64,000 nucleotides of DNA from the human T2T-CHM13v2.0 reference genome, Homo sapiens. The notes below the pieces were generated by a model that saw only the letters and a list, made by a program, of their open reading frames with translations, made no database searches and was not told where the DNA came from. The position numbers and the translations under genes were made by a program. Location: NCBI RefSeq assembly GCF_009914755.1, contig NC_060938.1. One strand, given 5' to 3'. This document shows, piece by piece, positions 1 through 17,802 of this stretch; within the stretch, counting starts at the first letter, position 1, and every line of letters begins with the position of its first letter.

Positions 1-290
1 AGGCCAAGGTGGGAGGATCCCTTGAGGCCAGGGTTTTGAGACCAGCCTGGATAATACAGTGAGACTCTGTCTCTACCAAAAAAATAAATAAATAAATAAA
101 AAATTAGCCGGGTGTGGTGGCATGGGCATGTAGCAGCCCCAGCTACTCAGGAGGCGGAGGTGGGAGGATCACTTGAGCCCAGGAGTTTGAGGCTGCAGTG
201 AGCTATGATTGCACCACTGCACCCCAGCCTGGCTGACAGGGCAAGACCCTGTCTCTTAAAAAAACAAAACAAAACAAAAACACAAAAAAA
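1..290 (+). mobile_element. Alu (AluJ-like), 5' end cut by window
   Basis: Alu consensus blocks, A-rich linker and tail. Confidence 0.9.
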
Positions 291-662
291 GCAAGAATGT
301 GGGCTTTAGGGTTTCACAGACCTGGTTTTTGAGCCTTATCTTAGGCCATGCTGGTTATGAGTACGTGTGTTCAAGTGTGTGGGAAATAAAGAAAGAACAG
401 ATATGATAACTTATTTGCAGAATGCTGAGGAGGTATTATTTCTGTCCTCCCCTCCCACGTGAACTCCAGGTACCAGTGACTCAGTTTATGTTTCATTCCT
501 CCTCTGAGACGTTAGGCAAGTTTTTTTGCCTTTTGGTTTTCAGTTTTTTCAACAGTAAGAGGAGAATAATAACTGTAAGAGGAGAATCATATCATAAATA
601 TTAGGGAAGGTTTCATCAGAAAATGCAAATAAAGCACGTACTGCTATGACTGGATATAATAA

Positions 663-986
<324 letters not shown>

Positions 987-1077
987 TGTTTTTATGTATT
1001 ATTAATAATAACTGTATGTTCAGATTGTAATAATTTGGACTTGCTATCAAAAGTGATGTATAAAACTAGGCAAGATT

Positions 1078-1493
1078 ATCCATCAGTTGATGACTGGATA
1101 AACAAATGTGGTTTATCCATAGAGTGGAATATTACTTGGCTATAAAAAGGAATGAAATACTGATGCATGCTACGACGTGGATGAACCTTGAAAACATTAT
1201 GCTAAGTGAAAGAAGCCAGACACAAAACATCACATATAATTCCATTTATATAGAATGTCCAGGACAGGGAAATCTGTAAAGACAGAATGTAAATTAATGG
1301 TTGTCTAGGGCTAAGGAGGATGGAAAGGGACGGGTAGTAATGGTTAAAGGGGTTTGTTTTTGAGGTGATAAAAGTGGTCTAAAATTGGCTTTGGTGGTGG
1401 TTTCATAATTTAATGAATACGTTAAAAACCATTGAATTATACAGCTTAAAAGGGTGAACTGTACGATATGTGAATCATATTTCAATAAAGTTG
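1078..1493 (+). mobile_element. Old L1M (L1MB/MC-like) 3' end
   Basis: tggataaacaaatgtgg...aaggaatgaa...atgaaccttgaaaacattatgctaagtgaaagaagccagacacaaaa...caataaag signature. Confidence 0.8.
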
Positions 1494-1495
1494 AC

Positions 1496-1558
1496 ATATG
1501 TGTATGTATATGTGTGTGTGTATGTATGTGTGTGTATATATATAGAGAGAGAGAGAGA
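1496..1558. repeat. Compound (TG)n/(TA)n/(GA)n microsatellite
   Basis: Seen directly. Confidence 0.9.
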
Positions 1559-2104
1559 CTAGGCAAGATGAGGGCTGTCTCTCCTTTCTGTGTTGTTATT
1601 TCTTAATCTGTACTTTGCTCTCCATCTTCTGATTTCTTTGGATCTCACTTAGAGGATGCATTCTAGTGGAGAAACCATAATATTGCTGAATATTTGAATA
1701 TTCATTACTAATTTAATGTGGTGATAGTGCCTCTATATACATACTTAAAGTTTTTCCAATTTAGAAAAATTTCTCCTCTGTCCTACATAGCTTGTATGAG
1801 TTAACACCAGACAGCTTATAAACATGAACATGTTCTACATTTCTCACACATGAGTATTTGTATACTGAATTGGCCATATGTTTACCTGAGTTCCAATATA
1901 TTTTATTTTTATAAATGGATAGTAAGTTAGAAAGCTAGTTTTCTTTGTTGAACCTTAGTTAGCTACTGTAGTCAATGGCTTAGAGTTAGGAACCTGTTAC
2001 GCAAACAGGGACATTATAATTATGAGATAATTGATAATAAAAACACACTAGAGTTCAAACTGCTATAATGTTAAATACTTAAATGGAAAATTATATATTG
2101 CCTA

Positions 2105-2594
2105 TATCTTTTGATTGCAGCTGTCAGAATACCCAAAAAAGTTTAAGGGAATTTACTACTCACATTACTGAAAAGTCTGCACATGAGGGATGTCTTCAGA
2201 TGTGTCAGGATGCAACGTTTCAAACTGTCACTTCATGTCCCTGCTTCTCTTCTTCTCGCCAGTCTCTGTTCTTTTCTATTATTTTGGCTTCTTAGAACAG
2301 GCTGCCCCTTAATGGTTATAAGATGGCTGCAGCACCTCCAGGCCTTAAGTCTCAACATTAAGAGTAGCAGATATAGAGAAATTTCCTCCCACCAATAAGA
2401 CACTCCTGGCCTGATTCAAACTAGCCTGGGTTGGGTCCTGTGCTTATTCTAGAGCTAATCTCAATGACCAGAACAATGGGATATGCTGATGACTGGACAG
2501 TAGAGCCCACCCCTAAACCTGAGGGTGGGGTCAACATTACCCAAAAACCTATGAGAGTTTGAGATGAGGTGGTTCACCTGAAGAATTTGGGGTT

Positions 2595-2627
<33 letters not shown>

Positions 2628-2660
2628 TAATCAGGAGGTTGAATTGGATGCCAGATAGCA
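2105..2660. mobile_element. Probable degraded MaLR LTR (MLT1-type)
   Basis: aagatggctgcagcacctccagg and ttgggtcctgtgc-type motifs; by eye only. Confidence 0.45.
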
Positions 2661-2911
2661 AGATATATCCTCTGTAATGTCCAACACATATATTGTAACT
2701 TTTATCCAGATAATAGCAAAAAAAAAAAAAAAAGATTATATATAGACTATTGACTACTTACTCTGTTTATACCAGGTAGAATTAGTAAAAAACTCTGGGC
2801 AAAAAGTAGGATTATGACTTATTCTAAGAGTTGTCTTCCTGAGGAACCTTATGTAGCATTTTCTAAGTTTTGTGAAATTTGGTGTGTGGTTTTTTCCCCG
2901 TAAATCTGGGT

Positions 2912-5500
<2,589 letters not shown>

Positions 5501-5847
5501 CGAGGGGATTCGTTAATGTAATATCTGATTACATTCTGTGTTTACAATTGAACAATTTCTCTTTGCTCTAGGGAAGCAAAAGGCAATCATTTCTTTGTGA
5601 GAGTGGTTTGATGGCACGTATCGTAACATATTTAGTATGCTATAATTGTAATTAATGCCAGTTTCTAATGTTGGATTTGATGTAGACAGTTTGGAATAAG
5701 AGAGTTATACATATTTTCAAGTAGTGATGTGGTTATAAAATAGTTCCAAGTATCAGACTTGTAAATGAAGAATGATCGTTGTTTACCTTTTTTGCTATTT
5801 GCTGGATTAAAAATCAGAACCTCTTAGTTTTGTGGAAAAAAGTATAA

Positions 5848-6072
<225 letters not shown>

Positions 6073-7378
6073 TGATGGTGGTCTCCGTTATTCTCGTGTC
6101 TTTAAGTCGGCTGATGTTTTGTCATATCTTTCTGATTATTATTTTTAATTGCTTATTAATAACATCTTTTATTAATATTCTTTTTAAGTTACTTTTCACA
6201 TTGATTAATTACAGATTTGTTGAGCATTACCACAGACTCATCTTTGGGTGTATAGTTTTGATTATGACAGTTGTGAATAGCCTTAGGAAATTTAGCTTCT
6301 AGCTTGCGCTATCTTCACATCATGTGTATTAGAGAGGTGTAGATGTCTGTGGTTACCCCCAGTTTAAACGTGGCCAAAAAATAAAAATAAATGCTGAAAA
6401 TCTCTCAGTGTTCAAGATGTTTAATGGTAAGGCTAAAAGTAAAATACAAATTTGCTTTTATCAATTTTAATGTCTTTCTACTATGTAACTTTTAAAATGG
6501 TAACTCTTGAAGTTTTATTTCAAAACTTGGCTGGACCTTTGCTGCTCTAGTCCTCTTATTCATCCTAAATACCCGTACACTAATCAAAGCCCCAGTTACT
6601 CCTGCTGTCCTTCTCAGCAGATGATTTCATTGGGTAGAGTAAAATTCTATGAACTTTGTTGGAAACGTTCATGGTCTTCTCTTAGCAGACCTTTACATAA
6701 CTATAGGTTTTAGTAGTTGCTATGTCAGTCTTTTCATTATATAGAAGAAGAAATAGCTGATTTATATCAGGGTCTGGACTAGACCGCACTTCTCACTCCA
6801 GTCTTCTTCTTATCATATGACACAGATTGTGGATTGAAACCATTCTTCTCTTTTCTGCCTGCTTTCTGTTCTAGAGACAGACTTAGTCATCTTTATTTTC
6901 TGGTCTAACTCTTCTTGTAACTATCCTACATTTCTCAAGATTTTCAAACACCTTATGGTGTTGACCCTTTCTTTTGCAGATGAGTACTTATTTATATGGC
7001 ACTTTACAAGGCTCTACAGAGTAGATTTTCCTCTTTTTTTCTTCTGTCTTATATACTGCCTTGTGTACAGTTGACTTTAAATTAATGATTGCTAATTATC
7101 CTTATGTGTCTAGGTAATAAAACATTAGAGGTAGATCAGACCTAGCTTCTCATTTAACAAATGAGTAAATAGCAGATATAATTCTGCCAACTCTGTCCTG
7201 TAGTATTCTACTCTTCTGCATTGGTAGCCTTAAGAACAATGTTATGAAAAACACTATATGAATCAAAATCTTGAACAGGGTCTTGTTTTCTAATATATTT
7301 TGATAGAAGATTTGACTCTGATTAGCATGTTCATGATTTAAAGTTAAAGTGAATGACTAAACTATTAAAGGTAACAGT

Positions 7379-7625
7379 TTTGAACCTAGTACCTTTCTCT
7401 CTTTTGTCTTTCTGTATCGTTACTACATAGCATCACTTTCCTTTTTTAACCTTGGCCTTCTAAACATGTACAGATCTAAAATCTTAGGTTTCCAGTTCTG
7501 TAAAACAAGTTAGTATTCTAGTTAAATTCTGTTTACTTAAAGAATACAGATACAAATAACTTGACCAGGGCGACTGTTCTCTTGTGTGTTCATCACTGTA
7601 TCATGCGGCTCATTCGGACTGATCT
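7379..7625 (+). repeat. 247-bp direct duplication, copy 2
   Basis: Matches 5254-5500. Confidence 0.95.
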
Positions 7626-7672
7626 AGTGAGTACAGAACATGTAGGTTGTTAAATTTATCTTCCTTCCATAA

Positions 7673-8071
<399 letters not shown>

Positions 8072-9080
8072 TGATACTTTTTGTTTCAAATTTTACAATG
8101 CCTGTTTGAAGACAAGGGTTACTATCCTTGATCCTGTTTTTTTGTTGGCCTTGTGTTTCTCTGTCTCTTTTTATAGAATGAAATAACTCAATTCTTGAAT
8201 ATGGCTGCATGTCTTGTATTCTTAATTAACCCTGGGCTTTCTTCTTATTGACAGACGTAGGTAGTATCAGACCCCCAGAGAGTAAGCCTACATTTCTCCA
8301 ATCATCTTTTGGAGACCTTTTTTCCTTTTTACAAAAAGGAAAGATGAAAGGGCCAGCAGTGGCCAGGCACTTTTGGATCCTGTGACCTTGGCATCGTGTC
8401 TGTTGGAACTTGCCTGTTTGTTTTAGGGAGGGAGTCCCTTTTTGACTGTGATTAAAGCATGTGTGCATGTTGTTAAACACACAGCATACCTTTTACTTAA
8501 TAACTTTTTAATAAAAATGGGCAAATATTGGAGGTTATTGTGCTACTTGGATTTTAGTGTTTTCGTTTTATACTGTTTATGACAAAATAAATGGTTGACA
8601 TAATTATTCTTACACTTTAGAGAAGCTGAAGTGAGGAGGAAGAGTCTGGCTTTTTGCATATTGCTGGAGATATTACCATTATAGACATACTGTTGTTTCT
8701 TGTATGTATTTTATTATATAATGTGTAAGATACTGCTACACATTATCATATTTTATATAAATTTGTTGGGTACTAAACAGTGAACCCACTGACCATAGTA
8801 GCTACATCGTGGTCATTGTTACTATTCTTTCCTTCACCTCTGCCTTTCTCCCTTTCATCTTCTACCCATCATTTCCATTCTTTCTTTTCATTCCTCTCCT
8901 TACCTCCTTCTCTTTCCTTTTGTCACTTTTCTACCTTCAAATATTTTAGCGCCCAATAGTATTCAAGGCATTCTACTTAGTGTGGGTTGGGGAGTGGGTC
9001 TTATACTGAAAGAGATTGTGATCTCATAGTAGGTGTGATATAAGTAACCAAAGATAAAGATGTGATATATGTTACCAAGG

Positions 9081-9514
<434 letters not shown>

Positions 9515-9929
9515 CTAGTTAGAAGTAACCTTTCTTCCCTGGTATCCATAATCCTTCCTATGGCACTTGTCATAGAGAAGAAACAGTGGAATATTTTAGT
9601 TTATGCAAAGCACTTAAATAAAAAACTTCACCCTCAAGTGTAAAAAGATACTGTTTTTTCTTAATCTTTACATTTTCATTTTTAGGAAATTTAATGAGTG
9701 AGGGCAAACAGGAAAATTAAAATAATCTATGTCATAATTGATTGTATCATGAGCATTAATATCATTAAGTGTTTTTCTACAGTGACACTTTGGGGAATGC
9801 ATTGCATTTGGATATACTATAGTTTATATTCTGGAGCCCTGTTGTTTCACTTGTAAATAGTCATGATTCTTTTTGAGGGGAAGCATAATGCAGAAAAGTA
9901 TGAAGAATAAAATATAACCACTCTATTAT

Positions 9930-10400
9930 ACCTGTTAAGAATGTTTTTGTCAACAAGTAATAGAATACTCAACTAATAGTGACTTAAAGAAATAGTTGTT
10001 TTTCACCTAAATCTGGAGGTGATTGTGTGGCATTTGTGTTCAGCAGCCTAACGTTAGGCCTCTGGATTGGCATCTCTGCAGTTCTCTAGGCTTTTTTCTC
10101 AGGGTTGCAGGATGAGCACAGCAGCTTCAATCAAGACCCTGTTTGAAAAGTTAGGAAGCAAGCAGTAGTGTGGGACAGAGATTTTCCTTGATCACTTTCT
10201 TCTCAGACACACAAAGACGTTTTCCTGAAGCCCTCCAGCAGATTCTCCCACACGTTCATTCACCAGAACTAGTTCATACACCTACCTCTAGACCAGGGAC
10301 TGGGCGTACTTCTCATATATCAGAAGGTGTATGACCAATTTTGGAACAAAATAGGGAGATTGTTAAAGAAGGAGAAAGGGAATACTTTGAGCTTCTGAGC
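9930..10400. mobile_element. Probable degraded MaLR LTR (MLT1-type)
   Basis: ccctccagcagattctcccacacgttcattcaccagaact-type motifs; by eye only. Confidence 0.4.
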
Positions 10401-11897
10401 AAATGACTACCATATCCGTGTTTAAAAATTTTTTTTTTAAGTTTAAATTCCTAGATGGGTATGCATAAAATGGTGTTTTTGTTTTCTTGTTTGTTTTTAA
10501 ATTTCTGTCTAGGAAGTTATATTTAATTCTAGCAGAAAAATAGCAAATGTTAATTCTATAACTTATGTAGCAGGTGTTGTAAGAATGAAACTTTTGCGAT
10601 AAAATGCTTTTTGGTTTTTTTCTTGCTGGCAAATTGCAATGTCTTTTATGGCTAATTGAAAGCAGAAATTAGGAAAAACTAGAAGAACCAAGCTTAATAA
10701 AATAGTTCAAAATTATTACAAAGCTTTTTTTTATTGGCTACCTCAAGAGTTTATTTGTAGTTTCAACAGATATATGTATGCATATTTTTATTTACTTTTT
10801 CACTGGCATGTAACTTACACAGCGTAGTGCACACCTTCAGTGTACAGCTAAGTGAATTTTTACATCTGTGTGCACCCATTCAGTTGCCATCCAGATCAAG
10901 AAAGGCCTTCATGTCCCTTCAAAGTCAACATTAACTTATATTTTGAGTGATTTCTTGTGATATACACCTACTAAATCAAACCAATGAAGAGGAAGATGTG
11001 GTAAAGTATAAAGTAGTATATGAATGTTCTTAATTTTATTTTACAGTGCTAACTTTGCTTGACTGTTTTCTTCTTTGAATCCATGAAAACGAGTTATAGG
11101 AAGAGTTGCTAAGACTTGTTGATTTAGTAACTGTTATGTTATCTTTGGTTTCCTTAATGTGTTTGTGGAATTTGTGGTATTTATTTATATGATTTTCATG
11201 GTAGTATAATAAATAATGGCTGTGAAATTTTAGGGAAGTGTTAAACTATCTTGAATATAAGCACTAAAAGCTCAACAATCAGGTTTTAATTTTCTCCTTA
11301 TAGTTTGTGCTAAAAATTCATTTTTCATGGATGCCTTAGACTTTTATTGATTTATTTTTTAATGTTCTGTCTATAAAGAAGTACTTACTTTTGTCTCCAA
11401 CTAAAGAAGGTACATAATGATACACTTACAATTCGATGGTTAGACTTATGCTGCACTTTGTAGTGTATGTTAATGTTTGTCTGCCAAACCTTCCTTTTAT
11501 ACCCTAAGAAGTCTAAATTTATTTCAGGTAGACATAAAGCCTGGTTTTGCTTTTGTTTATAACATGAACGTGTCATGATGTAGTATAAAAATGATAATTG
11601 TATGACATGAGTTGCTTGAGATTGGAGGATCTGGCTCTGGGGGGGCTCCGTCAGTCCTGAGCATGCAGAGGGATTGGGTAGCTCCACATATCAGTAAGAC
11701 ACACGCAGCCTGTGCCGCAGCCAACAGGTTGCGTGGCTCCAATAGAGCTTGTCCAACAAGTATCTTCTAATATTGATAAAAATGATCGATAACATGTTTT
11801 GATCATATAATTTTGTTTGATAATCTTGCTAGTGTGTATTGATAATGACATAGCTAGCATTTTAATTAGTTTTATTTACTTCATGTCACGTTTTCAG

Positions 11898-11943
11898 ATT
11901 GGATCTGGTTCCTCGCGTCTTGGAACAGCAGCAACTATTAAAG
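11898..11943 (+). CDS. PCNX1: PCNX1 coding exon (probable exon 4), 46 nt, IGSGSSRLGTAATIK(G)
   Basis: ttttcag| acceptor; AAG|gtaggt donor; phase 0 to 1 fits both neighbours. Confidence 0.9.
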
Positions 11944-12647
11944 GTAGGTGTGATCTAACTTAAAAGTTGCACCTGCCTTTCCCTTTCATTTTGGTTGTAA
12001 TGAAGATAACAGTACTGTACATTCAAATGTAATGAAAAAAATCATTCTTGAAATTCTTTTATAGATAAAATTATTTATCTTATTAAAGGTTGGTTGACTT
12101 AAATTGTGTTCTCTTTCATCATCCAAATTTCACAAAAGTGTCTGACCACTTACATTACATTGCGTGAATTACATAAGTTTTGATCTATAAGAAACTTCCT
12201 TGCCCTTGAGGGAAAACAGTTTTGTGGGTTTTAGTGGGGTTCATGGAAAACTAAGTAATTTGATGTGAAACCTTCTAATGTGGCCACAAATGAAAGAACA
12301 AAAAAGAGCAAGTTATTTTCTGCTATTTGATCTATTCAGATAAATTCGTATTGTTTTCACCCTATAGTTTTTTAGGTTAATAATTTTCCCTGGGAAGGAA
12401 ATTCATGTTGGGTCAAGTTATGTAATTTGCATTCCTTTTTAAATTCCACTTGTTTTTAAAGAAATAGTTTTATTAGTTTACATTTTGAAGCTTTCCACAT
12501 TGTTTGGTTTGTAGTTCTGTGAGAATAATTAAGTGCTCTGATAGTCCATGATACTTCCTGCTAGTTCAGTGCATCTTCCATTATTGTAACCTTTGATACA
12601 CAAAAACTACTTTAGTTGATAGACATTAGTACTCCTTGATGTATTAA

Positions 12648-12860
<213 letters not shown>

Positions 12861-13406
12861 TAATTTGTAGAATATGCTGCATACAATTTGGCAGAAGTTT
12901 ATAACAATTTAATATGATATTTAAGGAAACATTAACATAAAATGTTATGGTGATAGTAGTAATACAGAGTTACACATGCTTTTAGCTTACTTGAACTCAG
13001 TTATACATGTTCTGCCAGATAAACATGGAGAGAGAAATTCTATGAGCATATGCCCCGGAGTGAATATGAGATGGGAGATAAGAATCTGCTATTCTTTTAG
13101 TTGGTCAGACCAACTAGCCCAGCTTAGGGATAACCTAGTATGTAAAACTGTTACTTTCCATTCAGTACGATCTCTAAATGCCAGCTGCTTCATCTCTTGC
13201 CAACTGCAAAAACAGCAATAAGTTTTGACATAGTGTCTTAGTCCATGTGCATTGCTATAAAGAAATACCTGAGATTGGGTGCCTTGTACTTGGGTGCTTT
13301 TTTGGAATTACAGTACCCTATCATTGTTTCTTTGCTTCTGTGGACTGCCCTATCTAACCCTATATCCCATTCCTAAAACTGAAAAGACCTTTACATGTAC
13401 TGTGTG

Positions 13407-13738
<332 letters not shown>

Positions 13739-13785
13739 CTATGTGGTATGGAAACTTTTTTAAAACAATTAAAGGTGAATCAACT

Positions 13786-14105
<320 letters not shown>

Positions 14106-14374
14106 TCAATTTCTTTGAGAATTATAATATCCTTTTCTGTAATATGAGACCATTACAGTGTCTCAACAACTAGATAATAATCTCAGAGGGGTTGGTGCCC
14201 TTGTGTTTAGGGATTATATATCTTATTTTATATCTGGAAAGTACCATATGCAAACAAGATTTTTATAGTCTGGTAGGTTGGGAATTATATACACACGAAT
14301 CTACCCTTGCAACTATACATTAACATAGACAGTGATGTCTAACATGCACTGGGTGCATACTATTGGCCAAGTTT

Positions 14375-14588
14375 GGGGTCAACATACTTTTCTCTAAAGG
14401 ACCAGATAGCTTTGTAGGCCATGTGGTCTCTCTTGCTACTCAGCTACTCAACTCTGCCATTGTAGAGTGAAAGGAGTCATAAACGATACATAAATAGTGG
14501 GCATGGCTGTGCCATCCTAAAATTTGGTTTATAAAAACAAGTTTGAGGGCTGGATTTGGCTTCATGGGACTTAGTTTGTCAACCCCTG
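14375..14588. mobile_element. MER58-type hAT-Charlie MITE
   Basis: ggggtcaacatact...agtttgtcaacccctg terminal inverted repeats; ctactcaactctgccattgtag core. Confidence 0.8.
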
Positions 14589-14589
14589 G

Positions 14590-14790
14590 TTTAAGTCCTC
14601 TTCTAAGCATTTTATATGCATTTACCCAGTTAATCTTCACTATAAACGTTTGAAGTTGGCACTGTTATTATTCTCACTTTACAGATAAGCATGTTATTGC
14701 TTAGAGAGAAATTATAAGAAACTTGCTCAAAGTCCCACAGCTACAAAGTGACAGTCCTATAATTCAAATCTAGTTTTGAATTATGCTTTT
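14590..14790 (-). mobile_element. MIR
   Basis: attattctcactttacagataag...acttgctcaaagtcccacagct core. Confidence 0.7.
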
Positions 14791-15926
14791 TAAAATCTAT
14801 GCTATACTACTTTATATAGTTTTAAAACTTGCTTTTATCATGCAACATTTTTCCAAATGTTTAACATTTAACAAATATTGTTGAGTACTCTTGGCACTGT
14901 TTTAAGTACTGGAAATAAATCAGTGAACAAAAAGACAAAAAGTTCCACCCTCATGTGGCTTCTCTACTATTAATATGGAATCATACTGGTAGCAATCAAC
15001 ATATACTGTAGTAAGTAGAGACAGAAGATAGGGATTGGTGGGGACTAGGGAAATTTTAATTTTAAATAGAGTAGTTGAGGGCGGGCTTCTCTGAGAGCAA
15101 AGACCTGAAGAAGGAGGAGTGAGCTCTCAGGATATCTGAGGGGAGGGGCCCCCTCCACGCAGAGGGAACAGCAAGGGCAAAGCCCTAAAGCAAGAGCATG
15201 CCTGTCAGGTTTGAGAAATATTGTGGCTGGCTCAGAGTAAGTGAAGGGCCAAACAGTATGGAGTTTTGCAAGCCATTTTAAAGGTGCTAATTTTAATTCT
15301 GAGTGAGATAAGGAACTGCTAAAGGGTTGTATTTCATTTCAGTGGAATCACTCCGGCTCCTATTTTGAGGAATATATTAAAAGGGGCAAAAGTTGAAGCA
15401 GGGACCTCACTCAGCAGATTATTGCAGCAATCCAGAACACAGATCAGAGTAGTGAGAAGTAGTCTGACTGTGTGTGTAGAAGATACTAAGAAGATAGGTT
15501 ATGGATTTGGATATACTATGTGAGAGAAGTAGTGGTCATAGATGAAGGCTTTTGAGTTACGCATCAGGGAGGATGGGGGCCCGCCAACTGAAAGGGGAAA
15601 GACTGAGGAGGAGCAGATTCAGGGTGGGGAGAGCAAGGGGGGTAAGTTAGGGGGTTCAGTTCAGGGCCTATCAGGTGCTGTTAGACCTGTAAGCAGCAAT
15701 GAGTAGATAAGAGAGGTCCAGATTTCAGGTAAGAGGTCTAGGTTGGGGGTTTTAGATTCAGGAGTTGTCAGTGGATAAATAAAAACAACAACAAAAATCA
15801 GTCATGTCAGTTAAGGGGTTGGGTATTATTAAGTTGATGAAGTATCAGGGCAAGCATACTTGTTAGCTGCTTGGGGTTTATGTGGCCTTTACTTCTTGAT
15901 CCAAATCCCTTTTCTTGGCTATGGTT

Positions 15927-15945
15927 TGGCGCCACCTAGTGGCAA
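15927..15945 (-). promoter_or_regulatory. Strong CTCF motif (TTGCCACTAGGTGGCGCCA on - strand)
   Basis: Matches CCASYAGRKGGCRS core without mismatch. Confidence 0.7.
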
Positions 15946-16246
15946 ATGTTCATGCTGGCTTAAATATCGTTTGGTACTCTTACTCCTCTGGTTTGGATTT
16001 ACAGGATCCAAACCAAGGATCCAAGCCTTTAGTTGGTTAACAGTTAGTTGATTAGTTGGCACTCATTTTGTCACATGATTCAGGATGACTGGGGGAAAAC
16101 AGGATATTGGGGTATATCTTTAACTTTTTCACTTCTAAGATAATCTACAGTTTCCCTACCTCTCGCTCATACCTTCCCTATCCAAGATCAGAACTTCAGA
16201 CCGTCCCCATGGGAATATGAGGGCTGGGTAGAAGGTAGAGGAACTA

Positions 16247-16640
<394 letters not shown>

Positions 16641-17224
16641 AAAAAGTGAAAAGTTTTAAGATGTGAACCCTGAGCCTCTTTAGTTTAAGAAGTCCAGGAG
16701 ACTGAGTAGGAACAACTAGTGAGATCAAAGGAAAACCAAGACTGTTATCCACCTGTGTTCAAGGAGAATGGATTGACCAGCTTTGTCAAGTGCTGCCGAT
16801 AGGTCAGGTGACATGCAGACTGAGACTTGACCATTGGATTGAACAATTTAGGGGGTGTTGGTGACCTTGATAAGCACGGTCTTAGGGGAGTTGAATTGGA
16901 ATACAAAGAGAATTGGAGGAGAAGAATCAGACAGTGAATACAGACAACTCTTTCAGTGAATTTTTGTAAAGGTGATAGCAAGCAGGAGAAGTAAAGATGA
17001 GGGATTTCGATTTTGTAAGATGTTGTAAGAGATATAACAACATGTTTGTATAATTGATTATTATCCATAATCAATTGATAGGGATGATCAGAGAGAGAAA
17101 GAAGGTATGATTTTTGTTTATAAAAGTAACATATATGTTAACTTTAGAAAATATAGTTAAGTATGAAGAAAAAATTTAGACCTCTGCCACTGATAAACTT
17201 TTTTTTGCATATCATTTTTTCATA

Positions 17225-17530
17225 TTTTTTTGCTTTGATATAATTCAGTGGTTTTTAGAATATTATGCATCCATCACCACTATCTAAATCCAGAACATTT
17301 TCATTACTCCAGTAAGAAACCTGCACCCATTACACTCCCCATTTCCCCTTCAAGCAGCCCCTGACAACCTCTAGTTTACTGTTTCTTTGAATTTGCCTAT
17401 TCTGGACATTTCATATAAACACAATTATATGTGGTTTTTTTTTTTTTAATGTGTCTGGCTTCTTTCATTTACCTTATTCTGGCATGTATCAGGATGTTAT
17501 TTCTTTTTATGGCTAACTGTGGTATATCAC
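17225..17530 (-). mobile_element. L1MB-like 3' fragment
   Basis: ccagaacattttcattactcc...ttgcctattctggacatttcatataaa. Confidence 0.75.
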
Positions 17531-17604
17531 TTTTCGCATTTATAAAAATATACGCCCATATACCATTAGCATTCATTTAAACTTACAGAACTGGAATTGT
17601 GGTT

Positions 17605-17802
17605 TTTTTTGTTGTTTTTTTTTTTTTTTTTGAGAGGGAGTCTCGCTCTGTTGCCCAGGATGGAGTGTGCAGTGGTGTATTTTTAGTAGAGATGGGGTTT
17701 CACCATGTTGGCCAGGCTGATCTCGAACTCCTGACCTCGTGATCCACCTGCCTCGGCCTCCCAAAGTGCTGGGATTACAGGCGTGAGCCACTGCACCCAG
17801 CC
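17605..17802 (-). mobile_element. AluS with large internal deletion of the right arm
   Basis: cagtggtg joined directly to tatttttagtagag. Confidence 0.85.

Noticed and set aside
11385-11860. Three - strand ORFs over the GC-rich patch as an antisense gene
   Set aside because: Non-ATG starts and no recognisable protein; the patch is better explained on the + strand
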